Origin: Prorocentrum cordatum
Taxonomy: Eukaryota
Direction of reading: 5' to 3'
Assembly (NCBI GenBank): GCA_963575745.1
Contig: CAUYUJ010000115.1
Coordinates: forward strand, 248,001-312,000
Length of the DNA stretch: 64,000 nucleotides
The position numbers and the translations under genes were made by a program. The notes beneath the pieces were generated by a model. That model saw only the letters and a program-made list of their open reading frames with translations, was not told the DNA's origin and did not search any database. Shown in pieces: positions 1-13,370 of the stretch. How positions within the stretch are numbered: the first letter of the stretch is position 1; every line of letters starts with the position of its first letter.

Positions 1-814
1 CGCAGCCAGGGGGGGCCAGCGCCGATCCAAGAACTCCGTGCGGAGGTCAGAAAGGCTATGCTGAATGCCGCCCTGCCTCCGTCTTGAGCAGGGACCGGGC
101 GACCCTGCATTCCTGCCGTCGGGGCGTTGACCTAAGGAACGATAAAAACATAGGAACGAGGCCCCTTTTTCCACATAGGTGAAACTTCGATTTCCAATGG
201 AAAACCTCAGGAAGCCTGAGGCAAACTGCAAGACAATCAAGGAACACCGAGCCCCTCCCCAACGAAGCTCCTTCTTCAGCGCCCCGACTGTATAGGTCTA
301 CCGCGACATGATCTTAGAGCCCCCAAAAAATGCCAAGAGCAAAAACAGTGTTCTCAGAACATAGAGAAATGCCCGACGCGTTAAAACAAGACGGCCCCAG
401 CCAGAAGTGCTCTGAGGGCACTTCGTGCAGCCACAATCCTGGGCAAACCCGAGTGCCTGGCGAACCCGAGTCCTGGCAAACCCGGGTCTTACGCTCCCCC
501 GAACAAGGTCCTAGGATCACTCTGTGGCACGCCTGTAGGCACGACACCGTCGACGCTGGCCGCCGGCAGAGCTCCGCAACCCCCCGAACCCTTCCGCACC
601 ACAGGGGCGGCACTCCCGCCGGCGGCCCGCCTCTCGGCTGCGCGCGCTAAGGAAGGGGCCCCAGGACACAGAAATAAAGACACACAAATAAACATATGTC
701 CCATATTTTCCCATGTTTTCGGGGTTTCTGTCTTTCCCCTCACTTCCCATATTTTCCCATATTTTCTTGGGAATCGAAGATTAATTGTGTCTGTGTGTTT
801 CTTCTCCTCCTGAG

Positions 815-1183
815 CTAAGGGGGTATGGGCGGAGGGGGAGGGCTTCTTAGAAGACGGCCGCTTCTTAGACGGCGCCGGCCCTTCTCAGGAGAAGCATCGG
901 ATCCTCGGATCGTCGGAAGGTCTGAATCGAATCGGACCGAGCCGGCCAGAATCAATATCGAATCGGGTCGAGATGGGCTATGGAACCTGGCGTGCGCACT
1001 GGGGCGCGACCCGCTCCGGCTGCGACTCTGGCGGCATGGCCCACGTCTTGGCGGCGCGCACAAGGGGGTATGGGGGAAGGGGGGAAGGCTTCTTTGAAGA
1101 CGGCCGCTTCTTAGAAGGCGCCGGCCCTGCATCTCTAGACAAGGCCCGCGCCTTCTAAGAAGCAGGGTTGCTTCTAAGAAGCC
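815..1183. repeat. Dispersed repeat built from near-palindromic CTTC(T)TAGAAG units, with an internal direct repeat
   Basis: AAGGGGGTATGGG...GGCTTCTT(A/T)GAAGACGGCCGCTTCTTAGA occurs at ~817-870 and ~1062-1116. Similar CTTCTGAGAAG/TTCTCAGAAG units occur at 59320-59455. Confidence 0.6.
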
Positions 1184-1694
1184 TTCCTCCCTCCCCCTCT
1201 ACCTTCTTGTCTTGCCATCGCTCGGACGTCCATTCCCCGTGCATTTGTCGGTGTCGTGCGTGCTTTTTTGGGCCAGATGGTCCAGGATGATCCTCGATGG
1301 TCCTCGCTGAGACAAAACGCACACGTCCGATGCTAAGTTGCGCGCGTGGCCGAACTCCATCGAACATATATCGAATAGGCATCGACATCGACATCGATCG
1401 GAACGAAGTGCACCCTGCAACGGGGCCGATTGTGCGCCTGTGCGCCACCCTGCGCCTCGCCATTCCTCCCCCCCCTCCCATGTCTCCGAGGGTCTCTGCG
1501 AGAGGTCCTCGGAACTGCTGCGAGGCCTCCGGGAGCCCAGAAACAACACGAAGGGCGCAACAAAGAAACGTCCCAGAATCTTCATCCTCGGCCCACGACC
1601 CTCGAACCTCGAACCCCGTGCCTCGACGACGACGACGGAAACGACGACAAGAGGGACGACGACGCGGACGACGACCAGGTGCCAACGACGAAGA

Positions 1695-1702
1695 CCAGGT
1701 GC

Positions 1703-1747
<45 letters not shown>
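1695..1747. repeat. (GAC)n microsatellite
   Basis: Direct reading; similar tracts at 26420-26540. Confidence 0.9.
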
Positions 1748-1748
<1 letters not shown>

Positions 1749-2174
1749 GCCGAGCCTCCACGATGTTCTTCTCGCTCAGGCTCTGTATGAGGCCACGGTC
1801 CTCCGCCAGAGGGCGCGGGAGCCCGGCAGGGGGCGCGCTCGGGCTGGGCGCTCTCGCCCACGGCGCCTTAACCCTCGCCGCGGAGGGGCAACGCCACGGC
1901 AGGCTCGCGCGGCGCTTCGGCGCGCGCGAAGGTTTTTGACACCCCGTCGATCGTTCAGTCCTGAGTCGATCGCGGACCCGATCGCTCAAGGTCGAATTCG
2001 AGAGGGCCCGGTGCTGTGGTGTGACGACAGCGACGTCAAAAGGCACACGATTTGTGAACCACACTCTTCGGCTCGCCACCCGGGAACCATTCTGATGGGC
2101 GCGCAGACCGCTGTGGATGCGCGCGGACCTGGGGAGCGGTGAGAACCCCGAAACGCTGTTACAGTGTCCATCGG

Positions 2175-2348
2175 TACACGTCGTTCATTTCTAATCGTGC
2201 TCAGTTCTAATTGTGCTCGTTACTAATTGTTCCTGGCCCCCTGGTGGCCAGGAAGAGGCCCAGGATAGAACAATTAGAAATGAAAGAATCTTGCCCCCCC
2301 CCAAAAAAAAACAAAGAACTTCAGAAAAAATAAAAGTGAACAATGTCC
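2175..2348. mobile_element. ~170-bp MITE, family A, copy 1
   Basis: Begins TACACGTCGTTCATTTCTAATC and contains the core TTCCTGGCCCCCTGGTGGCCAGGAAGAGGCCCAGGATAGAA. Homologous copies at 25618, 27756 and 61476. Confidence 0.75.
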
Positions 2349-3294
2349 TGGCCTCCACCGAAGACGCAGCAGAGATCTTCTCAGGAGGCCGGAGGGCTTC
2401 CGAGAAGTGCCACCCGCCCTCTGCGGAGGCCTCCTCCTTCTCGCTTCCCCTCCTCGCTCGCCGCCGTCAACCTGGAATCGGCGACGCGTCGCCGAGAACC
2501 AGATCGGCGACCGGACACGGCCCTGGCCGGAGTGGGCTACGAGGCCCCCGCCGGCGATCCACGCGCGACTGGGGGTCGATGCATCCCCCCCCCTGAGCCT
2601 ACCCCCTGGAAGGAGCAACTGTCCTTAGAAAGTTCAGGGTTCGCTTGGGACCGGCTTCCTCTCAAAACGGCCGGAGCCCTCTCGAAGCCGTCCAAGAACC
2701 CTCCAGGAAGGGTTCCAAGGGGAAGTTCGGAGGGTTTCGGCAGGGTTCGGGACGGTGGGCTTTCTAAAACTATCGGATCATAACTCAGGTCTCTGGCGGC
2801 CGTTCGGGACGATGCGGGCACCCCCGATACGCCCTCGGCGAGATGCAGCTGCTGGAGCGCATCCCGAGGCTGGGAAACGTCCAGGTACCGACAGGAACGT
2901 CCGAAAACCTCGAGCCTCGAACCCTGTCGAACCCCCTTTCAGCCTATCCCCCTTAACGCTGGCCCCTCACCGCTGGCTCCTCCATCCTTGCCTGACAAGT
3001 GGGTGCGCGAGGTCCACACGGAAGACGTGGGGCAGACGGCTCCAGGGCCCCATCGCATGGGGGAGCACGAGAAGGAGAATAAAAAGAATAAGAAGGCATA
3101 CTAATACGAATGAGGAGAAGGAGCAACAACATAATCATGATAGCATGACCGCAAAAAAAACTGACGGAACCACGAGACCCCAGCCTTGCCGACGGAGCCA
3201 TGAGACCCATGCCTTGCAACGCAGGTAGGCACGACCTACGAGATCAAAGACAGGTATGAAAAGATAGCAAGAATCACCCCCCTGACAAACAACA

Positions 3295-4132
3295 AATCCG
3301 CCGACCCCCGCTTGCCAGGGGGGAACGGCGTGTGAGACATCTGGCTGCCCCCCCCCCCCCCCCTCCCCCTTCCCTGGGGTCCAACATGCCGTTCTAGAGG
3401 GGGGAGGGGGCACGAGCTCGTCAACGCACCCACGGGGCCTCGGGAGCCCCCAAAAAGCCTCAAGACAGCCCAGCAGGGCCCAGACAGAGCGCCAAGACAG
3501 CCGAAGAGAGCGTCATGATGGCCCAGGGTAGCCCCACGACGATCCAAGATGGCTTCAACATGGCCCACGATGCCCCTAAGACAACCCACAAGCGCCTCCA
3601 GAGGATCGCCGAGAAAGCCCCACGAGTCCAAAATCACAGCATTCCGTCGGGGAAGCGTGAATGTTCAGCAGCACATCCGCATCCTCTTGAAAGCGAAAAC
3701 GACGGTCCAGATGGCCAAACAGATCGCCCCGAGACGGCCAGTGCTGCCTCCAAGGAAGCCCCAAGACCGCCCAAGAGGCCCCAAAGACAGCCCCACGCCC
3801 CCCGGGGCCCCCGAAGGCGGCCCAAGACGGCCCCTGAGGGCCCCGAGACGGCCCCACGGGCCACCCAAGAAGCCCCCGAGGGCCCTCCAAGAAGCCCCAG
3901 GAGGCCTCCAAGACGCCCCCAAGACGCCCCCCAAGAAGCACCCCAGAGGCCCCCAGGAGGCCCCAGAAAGCCTCCCACATGTCCCCATGAGTTTTCCAAG
4001 AGGCCCCAGAGAGGCATCCCAAGAGACCCTCAGGTTCATCCAGGAGGCCCCTGACCCAAGATGTAACTTCCACGATCGTCTCAAACACTCACTCCTTGTG
4101 AGGGTCGGCGGAATGGCGCAAGCCACTTGAAT
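3295..4132 (+). mobile_element. Non-autonomous element with 11-bp sub-terminal inverted repeats, a 3' mini-hairpin and AAT ends
   Basis: TCCGCCGACCC at 3297-3307 and GGGTCGGCGGA at 4102-4112 form a perfect inverted repeat. The right arm is followed by the hairpin TGGC-GCAA-GCCA and then CTTGAAT. The interior is degenerate CCCCAAGA-rich repeat. Confidence 0.55.
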
Positions 4133-5329
4133 CCGCCCACCCACCGGGCTGAGGGGCGTGTGGGATTTAATTACAAAGCTTTAGCCCCCCCCTTTTTCCC
4201 CCCCCAGAGGCCTCCGCCATTCCGCCGCCCGGCTGCGGCAATGCCCTTTTTCGGTTTCCAAAACGGCTCCACGACGGCGTCCAAGACAAGCTCGAACTTG
4301 GTATCGTTCTGAAGACGCTGCCGGGGCGCCTGTGGGCTCCATTTCGGCCCGGTCGGGGCCCCTTCTTGGCCTCCAATATCCGCTCCCGGAGCCCTCGACA
4401 GCGCCTCTGTTGCTCATTCTCGCCGACACGTGGGGATGCCAAAAAAACAGAAGAAATACTATGGTTTTGGCCTGATTTCGGCTTCCCCGGGGCTGTCCAG
4501 GACGCTGCTTACAGTTGACTTCCGGGCTCGCGTGCGTCATTTTTCATCACTCCCTTTTGTTCGCCGTTTTTGGGCGCGCTCCGGGGTCCATTTTGGACGC
4601 TGCGGGGCCCATGTTGGGCCGCAAAACGGACCCCAAACCAGGTCAGACCCCGCGCGGTTTTTACTGCAAGACGGACGCGGTTGCGACCCAACGCGGAAGT
4701 GCTGTCGCTTGAGCCGCCCTGGGCTTCCCCCAGACCGCCTCGGGGCCTTATAAGCCTCTTTTGGGGCCCTTTTCGGGTTCCTCTTCGGCCCTTCTTGGCG
4801 CCTTGCCGGCCGGATCACCGCCAGGGCAACCGTCGGGGCAACCAACCGCTCGGGCAACCGCCGAGACTAGCAACGGGAAAAGAATCCGGGCAACCGTCGG
4901 GACAAGCACCCAGACATCTACCACGGCACACCTCGGGCCAGTCATCTGGTCAGCCATTGGAGAACCCACTTCAAGAGCCACCTTCCCTGCCATCGGATCA
5001 ATCGACTGCGCAAGTGCGACAAAACCACGAGACTGCCACGCCACCGTATGACACAAGCCCACCACGGGAACATGCCACCTTTTCTACCATCGGATCAGTC
5101 GACTGCACAAGCGCCACAAAACTACGGGAATGCCACGCCACCGCATGACACCAGCCCACCACGGGAGCATGCCGCCATTGACACCTGCTGACGCCCGCAC
5201 ACTGACACAAAACGCTGCGCGCCCACTCACGTCTCTCAGACATCGGGCGCGCGTGACACCCGACACAGAGGAGCCCCAAGAGGTCAACGACGGAGCCTCA
5301 GCAGCACCCCGACAGGCCCCCCAGAGAGC

Positions 5330-5680
5330 AACGTCAACAGCGGAAGCACCACCAGCAGCGGCAGCACCACCACTGCGACCAGCGCCAGCAGCAGCAGCAC
5401 CACCACCACCACCACTGACAACAGCAGCGGCACCACAAGCAGCAGCAGCACTAACACCGGCACCATGAGCACCAGCGCCAGCAGCGCCAGCAGCGCCAGC
5501 AGCGCCAGCAGCAGCAGCAGCAGCAGAAGTAGGACCAACAGCAGCAGCGGCACCCGCACTGCACCGCACCACCAGCAGGAGCGACAACAGCAACACCAGC
5601 AGCAACACCAGCCGCAGCACCACCACCACTAACAGTAGCAAGCACGACAAACCTACTGTCGAACAGCCACGAAGCATGCC
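5330..5680. repeat. Degenerate (CAG/CAC)n trinucleotide tract
   Basis: Direct reading. Confidence 0.8.
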
Positions 5681-6231
5681 TGAGCATAGTAGGCGATAGC
5701 ATAGGAAGAGAGAAGACGGGACAAAAACAACCAAGCACACGACTTGTATGAATTCCTGCCTATGTTTATCCCGTCATGGAGCCGTCTTCGCCTCGTCCGG
5801 CGAGAACTGGAATGGGCGGGCGGTGAACGCGAAGCGTCTTGAATAGAAACGCAGGTCCCGAACGTGGAGGGGGGGATGCCCTTTTCCCTGTCCACGTGCG
5901 CACACGGCCGCTCGAGACAGCCTCCAGACGCGCGCGCGCGCACGCACGCACCGCGCAGGCTCCAAACAAGCCAGGGGGGCCGCGAGGCGGACGGGGCACT
6001 GCTGCCAAACTCGCCAGGAGGCGGCGAGGGGCGAGGGCGGGGCGACGCGGGGCGCCAGCATACGTCCCGATGGACGGCCCAACGACACAGGTCCAGAAGG
6101 ACGTGCAGAGGCGGCGAAGGGCGGGGGGGGGGGGCAACCGCACGGGCCGCGGCGGGCCACCTCACGTCCCAAGACGTCGCCACTGTGGTGCTGCTCCGCC
6201 ATGCTGCGTCCGAGCTCGTGGCATGACCTCC

Positions 6232-7760
6232 CTACGCGCTGGCCAGCAGGCGCTCGTAGGCGGTGTAGACGTCCCAGGCCACACTCTGCACGCGGAAGCT
6301 AAAGTGCGCGACGTTGAAGGCTGTGAAGATGCACTGCTCCCGACCTTCGGCGGAACCGCGGGTCGTGATCCCAACCTCGTCCCCCTCTGGGTCGAGAGCC
6401 AGCCGGCGCACGTGGTTCCACTCTGACCAGCGCGCGCCGAAGAAGTTGATCGAGAAGCGCCCCTGCCCGGCCTGGCCGGTCCTCGCCGCCTGCTCCCGGC
6501 CATAGACGATGCACCCGTCCCCCTCCGTCCACGAGAAGTTCTCGTGGTGGCGCAAGAAGTACTTGTGGAGGTCGGCGGCGCGCCCGCTCCCGTCCAAGAG
6601 CCAGCCGAACTCGCCCAGGCGGCCCTGCCAGCTGGGGTACTCGTCAAGCCCGCGAATCCGATCCGCCAGCTCCCGGATGTGCCTGGCCTGGTAGTAGGCG
6701 GCGACTCCGTTGTTCACAACGTTGGCGTGGACCACGAACTTCTCACGGTGCGACCGGATGAAGTCCACGTAGGAGTCGAAGCTGGACCTTAGCTGCCCCG
6801 ATACGCAACACGCAACACGAAGCGTGCTGATACGGAGCTCAACACGTACACTGAAAATGTAGGTATGACGCGATGCGTTCACCAAAACGTCGGCCAATAC
6901 GCTGAGCCAGCACGCAACAGATTGGCAAAGACGTGTTCAGCACGGTACGTGTTGCGCTTCAAAACGGGCGTATCGAGGCAGCTAAAAGGGGACACGTCGA
7001 TGTAGACGATGTCGTCGTCTGCTTTCACCAGCACCGTGTTGTCCCGCCCTGCCATCTCGGACAGAGGCTGCCACCGAGGGCGGGCGGCGCCCGCCTCTGG
7101 GGAGGCGTAGAACTCGTACACGTCGGCCCAGCCCCGCCCCTCCACAGCATGGGACATGAGCTGCCACTCGGCACCGCTGCGGTTCTTGGCGGCCCCGTGG
7201 AGCCAGCGCGCGTCCTCCCTGTCCCGGGCGTAGTCCCACACGTGCACCTCGTGCACGGAGCACTGCCGCACGAGCTCGTCCAGGTAGTGCAGGAGCATGT
7301 GGATGTAGCTGCGCCGCCCCGCGAACACGAGCAGCACCGTGTACGTGCTGTTCCTCGAGAGGGTCAAACAAATCATAAGCATAATAGCCTGTCGTAGCTC
7401 CGCGCGGACTTCTTGGCTCTGCGCTGGAGCCCCATGGCGGCCTCGCCACTGGTGCGCGCACAGATCCAGGAAATCCACACGAAGTTCTGAAAGTTCATCT
7501 TCATGCCATGCTGTTCTTCCTCGGCCTGACTACCTGCCACCCCAGCCCAACCCGAAATCTCAAATTTCGGCACGGGCTTCATATGTGTCCTTCACTGCTC
7601 CGGGACGCCCCCCCCCACTGAGAATGGCGAGCAACTTGGGGCCTCGGGGTTGGGTCGGGGTGGTTTGGTGGGTAGAGACGGTCCTCGTAAGGTTGCCGAG
7701 GCACTCCCTCGGCGACGCCGCGCGCTGCGCGACGAAGCGCACCCGCTTCAGGCCGAGCAT
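6232..7760 (-). CDS. Putative glycosyltransferase-like (DxD) protein; predicted exons 7760-7684, 7353-6994, 6787-6232
   Basis: Joining three ORF-track frames gives one continuous, non-repetitive protein: ...GNLTRNSTYTVLLVFAGRRSYIHMLLHYL...VHEVHVWD...VLVKADDDIVYIDVSSFDSYVDFIRSH..FVVHANVVNNG...*. Both junctions keep frame (phase 2). The start codon is uncertain and further upstream exons are possible. Confidence 0.75.
6788..6993 (-). mobile_element. 206-bp GT-AG intron with terminal inverted repeats (introner-like)
   Basis: TTAGCTGCCCCGATACGC (6789-6806) pairs with GCGTATCGAGGCAGCTAA (6968-6985) at 17/18. GGAC is directly repeated at 6784-6787 and 6990-6993. Splicing restores the reading frame. 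Confidence 0.75.
7354..7683 (-). other. Predicted 330-bp GA-AG intron
   Basis: Donor AG|GAccgt and acceptor ctcgAG|G; CGAGGA is repeated at both junctions; frame is preserved. GA donors are known in dinoflagellates. Confidence 0.55.
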
Positions 7761-9337
7761 CCCCGCCGCCCCGGCCTCGGCGGAGCTCCGGGGGGACACG
7801 CCAGTCGCGAGCTCGCCCCCGCCCCGCGGCGGGAGGATTAGACGCTCGTTCCGGGGACACTTCTGGGGCCACTCGCTCAACTCGGGCGTCCATCTTGCGT
7901 CGAACGCCCATCGACCTGAGTCGAACCTGGGTCGAGCTTGAGCCGACCTTGAGTCGAGCTAGAGTCGGAGTAGAGCCGAACCAGAGCTGACCCAGGGCCG
8001 TCACGTAGCCGGATTTTGGATACCCTGAACCTAAACATGTTGTCATCTCTCGGGGACGCATCTTTTGCTTCCGCCACCTTCCGCCGCCCTTCCGCCGACC
8101 TCCGCTGACGGAGGCGGCCTTCTTTTACCTCCGCTGACCTTCCTCCACACTTCCGCAGCCTTCCGCCGAGGAAGAGATGACAACTCCTGCGATCCTTGAA
8201 GGCAAGGCCATTTCTGGAACGCCTCAAGTGGGCCCCAGGAAGGTCCTCGGAGCGAGCATCTAAGGAAGAGCTCCGGCGCGCAGGAGCAGGACCCGCCCTC
8301 GTCGAAGGGGCAGACCCTACCCCGCTCGACGCAGTCGCGCTTGCACTCGGACTCGCGGCTGTCGGAGGGCGCCAACTATGCACACACCCACACACACACA
8401 CTGAGGGGCAACGATAGGGGGGGTAGGCATAGGGGGGGAAGCAATCACCTGGAATCAACGACACGTCGCTGACAGATCGGCGAGTAGGCCCCCGATAGTG
8501 AGTCCGCATGTTCTTGGGCAGGTTGGGGCTGTTGGGCCCCTATCGGCGATCCACGGGCGATTGGGGGCCGATGCATCCCCCCCTATGCCTATCCCCCCCT
8601 ACGGTTGCCCCTGACACTCTTTTTGGGGAGCCGCGGCCACAGCACGCAGTGCCCAGGCGTGGAAGGCCGGAGAGCAAGAGAAGAAAGACGCGCGCGCGCG
8701 GCTGGCCCCGCAGGAAGCTGGGGCACGGATCCACGCGAGGGGATCGACCATGCCATGCGCACGCCTGGGCACGGGCAGCAACGAGGGGAAGCTGCCAGCA
8801 GGCCAGCGACGACAGTCATCATGTGGATGGGCCAGGCAGGGTGCGAAGTGCCACCGGCAAGGCCGGCGAGGACAAAACGCGAGGCAGGACGGGAACGCCC
8901 GCGCGGAAGCACACACACACACAAACACACGCACACGCACCGACCCCGACCAGGCCCATCGCGGGCCCGAGGTCGGTGAACATGCCTCCCTGACCAAGCC
9001 TGAAGTCGGGCCTGTCCTCCTACAGGGGAATTTTGGACGAGAAATGAAAAATAGTAAAAAATACCTCAAAATGGCAAAACAATGCTCAAAAATCGTCCCC
9101 CGACTATTTTCTTACTATGTTTGAATGTTCCCCGTGCAGAGGGACAGGCCCGACTTGAACCAAGCCAGGAGGGCGTGTGCGCCGCTCTCTTGGGCCCAGG
9201 GCGCGCCTGGCCAGGCCCCGGTGCCCCGTGAGAACGGCTGGCGCCCTCCGAGGCTGGAGCCGCCGCCGTCTCGGCGAGGCCCTGCTGATGGGCCTGCTTT
9301 CCACCACCACCACCATACGTTGCAGGGGGAGGGAGTC

Positions 9338-9615
9338 CTCCTCCTCCTCCCTCCTCCCCTCCTCCTCCTCTTCCACCACCTCCCTGTCCTCCTCCTCCTC
9401 CTCCTCCTCTTCCTCCTCCTCCTCCACCACCTCCATGTCCTCCTCCTCCTCCTCCTCCACCACCTCCATGTCCTCCTCCTCCTCCTCCTCCACCACCTCC
9501 ATGTCCTCCTCCTCCTCCTCCTCCTCCTCCTCCTCCTCTTCCTCCTCCTCCTCCTCCTCCTCCTCCTCCTCCTCTCCCCCCCTCCAACCCATGGTGGTGG
9601 TGGTGGTGGTGGTGG
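9338..9615. repeat. (CCT)n / (GGT)n microsatellite with a 33-bp internal higher-order unit
   Basis: (CCT)n interrupted by recurring CCACCACCTCCATGT. Confidence 0.85.
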
Positions 9616-9984
9616 AAAACGGGCCCATCACCTGCGGCCCAGAAGCAGGTCTCGGGGGGGCCCTGCTGGCGAGCGCGGGGGCTGCCGGGCCGGGCCCCGG
9701 CCTGGAAGAGCTGGGAGTCGCAGGGCCCGCCGCGCGCTGCGCGGGCGGAGGCCAGGTAACAGGCCCAAGACCCAGACCCCCTCGCGCCGTGAACAAAGCA
9801 GCACGGGACGCTTCACCTTTTCGGCTACGGTCGGACTTGATTGAACAGGACACACGAGAGGACAAACGACCCTTTCCGAGGGGCACACTGCCACAGGAAT
9901 GTAGGAGGCATGGGTCGCGAGACACAGGACACGAGGGTACCCTTGAGCTGGCAGGGTCGACCTACTAATCCGGACCGCCTGTAG

Positions 9985-10155
9985 ACGCAAGGGTGACCCT
10001 GGGCAAGAGTGACCTTTGGTGCGCGGCTTTTGGGGGGCGCGAGGGGGCCAAACCCAAGCGCGCAGCCCGCCGCTATCGCGTCGCGCTCAGCGATCGGGGG
10101 GGCCCCAGTGATCCCGCACCAAAGGTCACTCTGGCGAAGGGTCACTCTTACATGT
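9985..10155. mobile_element. MITE family B, copy 1 (long terminal inverted repeats)
   Basis: Perfect 18-bp inverted repeat AGAGTGACCTTTGGTGCG (10006-10023) / CGCACCAAAGGTCACTCT (10115-10132), extended outward by GGGTGACCCT / AGGGTCACTC. Confidence 0.7.
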
Positions 10156-11039
10156 AGTCGAACTCTACGTTCGGCCTCGAGGGGCCCATGCCCGGCCTCG
10201 GGAGCGTCAGGCATCGACTCGGAATCAAGAGCTGGTCCCTGGCAAGGGGGTCCAGACCTCCTCCTAGGTGCCCACAGGGTGAGAGATCTGAAATCACGGC
10301 GGCGGGGGTCTGGGGACAGCCCAAGCCGCGGAAAGAAAGCGCCCGCTGCGCGCATGGCGGTGTCGTGTATGGCAGGTACCGGAAAAAAGGGGCGTGCGAT
10401 CACGCGCCCACGCGGCCCGCGTGGCTGCGCATGGCGCCGCGGTCGCCGGGGCGAAGGCTGCGCCGACCTGGGCCCAGCCTGCTGCGGACCCCACTCCCTT
10501 CCTTGCAGCTCCAGTCCCCCCCCCCTCCCCTCCGCTCCCCTCGCGCTCATGCTCGCGCCGCAGGCGTCAGCGTTGCTTCACGACGCAGGCCCTGGAGCTC
10601 TCGACCCTCTCCAAAAGGATCGTGGCTCGACTGCCCCGGGGCCCGAGCGCGGCCCCCCGGACGCCGAAGCGGGCGACCTGAAGACACGGCACCGCGGTCT
10701 GGAAGCCGAAAACGGCGAACCACCTGCAGGGCCCGTTCCCCTCAGTACCGAATCGCTTCATGACGGCCACCCGGATGGGCCACAGGCCTGCACACGCAAG
10801 GCCATGATGATTGCAACTTCTTCGTGGCCTCTCAGAGACCTCGGAAGCCCCTGCTCTGCACGCATGCCAGCTCTCACGCGTCAGCGGCTGAGTCTCACGA
10901 CCTGCGCAATCGAATCTGAGTCGATGAAGCGTTGGAAAAGCAGCCAGAGGCTTTTGGAGGGTAGCAAAGGCTACCCATGTGGGATGAAAATCGCCTGCGA
11001 AGAACCTTGCAGCCGTTAGCGAACATGACGCTCGTCCAT

Positions 11040-11187
11040 GAGGGGTAGCGATAGGTGGTGGCCTTTGGTGCACGGCGTTTCTAGGGCCGCGAGGGGACCA
11101 AACACGAGCGCGCGAGGCGAACGGGAGTCCCCAGTGGGAGGGCACCGAAGGTCACTCCGACGAAGGGTCGCTCCAACGTGTAGTCGA
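11040..11187. mobile_element. MITE family B, copy 2 (diverged)
   Basis: GTGGCCTTTGGTGC ... GCACCGAAGGTCACTCCGACGAAGGGTCGCTC..TGTAGTCGA aligns with copy 1. Confidence 0.6.
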
Positions 11188-12119
11188 TCAATGAGCGGTT
11201 GAGGGCCGAGGCATCCCAAACCCCTGAGCCTGTCCGCCACGCACGTTGCACCTGACCTACCTCTGGCATGAGATGCTGCCGTGTGCGACGTAGGCGCCCA
11301 CCAGCGAAAGACCCGAGAGGGCCCTCCCGGCACCCCGCACCTCAAAGCTGGCGGACGACTGGCGCGGGAAGGAAGCGCGAAGTTCTGCGAAGCAAGCGCA
11401 ACGTCTGTGGAAGGGCCCACCACTTCCCCATCAACCTTGCAGTGCGGGGGCGGAGGGCTTCGTGTTTCGATGTCTTGCTGCCTACTGCAAGCTCGTGCGA
11501 TGACCAGCCCGGCGTTAGTCTCTTACACCAAGTGAGTCGCTTAAGCTTGAGCGATCGGCAGATTCTCGATTGCCAGATCATTCCATATTGGCCGATGATG
11601 GGCCACTTTCGGCGCTCAATCTTGAGCGCCCGCGCTGGGGTCGCAACGCATCGACACGACACGAAACCAACGTAAACCCAACATGGGCGTTCACTTCGCA
11701 ACCAGCGATACCTCCAGAGGCCTCCTAGATGGGGTCCGAACAGATGGGGTCGGAGGATCTCGCCGCATCGCCGATACATCGGCGACGTCGGCGATGCATC
11801 GGCGACGTAGGCGTAGAGAAAACTGGGCCCCAAGCCGCATCGCCGATGCATCGGCGATGCGGCGCTATCCTCCGACCCATCTACTCGGACACCATCCAGG
11901 AGGCCTGGAAGTGGGCTGCCCAACCTATATATATATATATATATATATGTGCGGGCTGACTGTGCCTCCCGGCGCGGCGCTGGTCCTCCTCCACCCCCTC
12001 GGCCGTGGGCTGCTCGGCGTCGGTCCCGGCGCCGCCGATGCTGAGGCGCCGCCGCCTCGCGGTGCGGGGGGGGGGCGGGCTTCGCGCCGCTGGCTGGGCC
12101 TCCCTCCTCCACTTCGCCA

Positions 12120-13370
<1,251 letters not shown>

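Noticed and set aside
7910..7985. SL relic (GGCTCAAG on minus) upstream of the glycosyltransferase-like gene
   Set aside because: Only 8 nt, embedded in an 11-bp TCGA-type tandem repeat; no other SL similarity.
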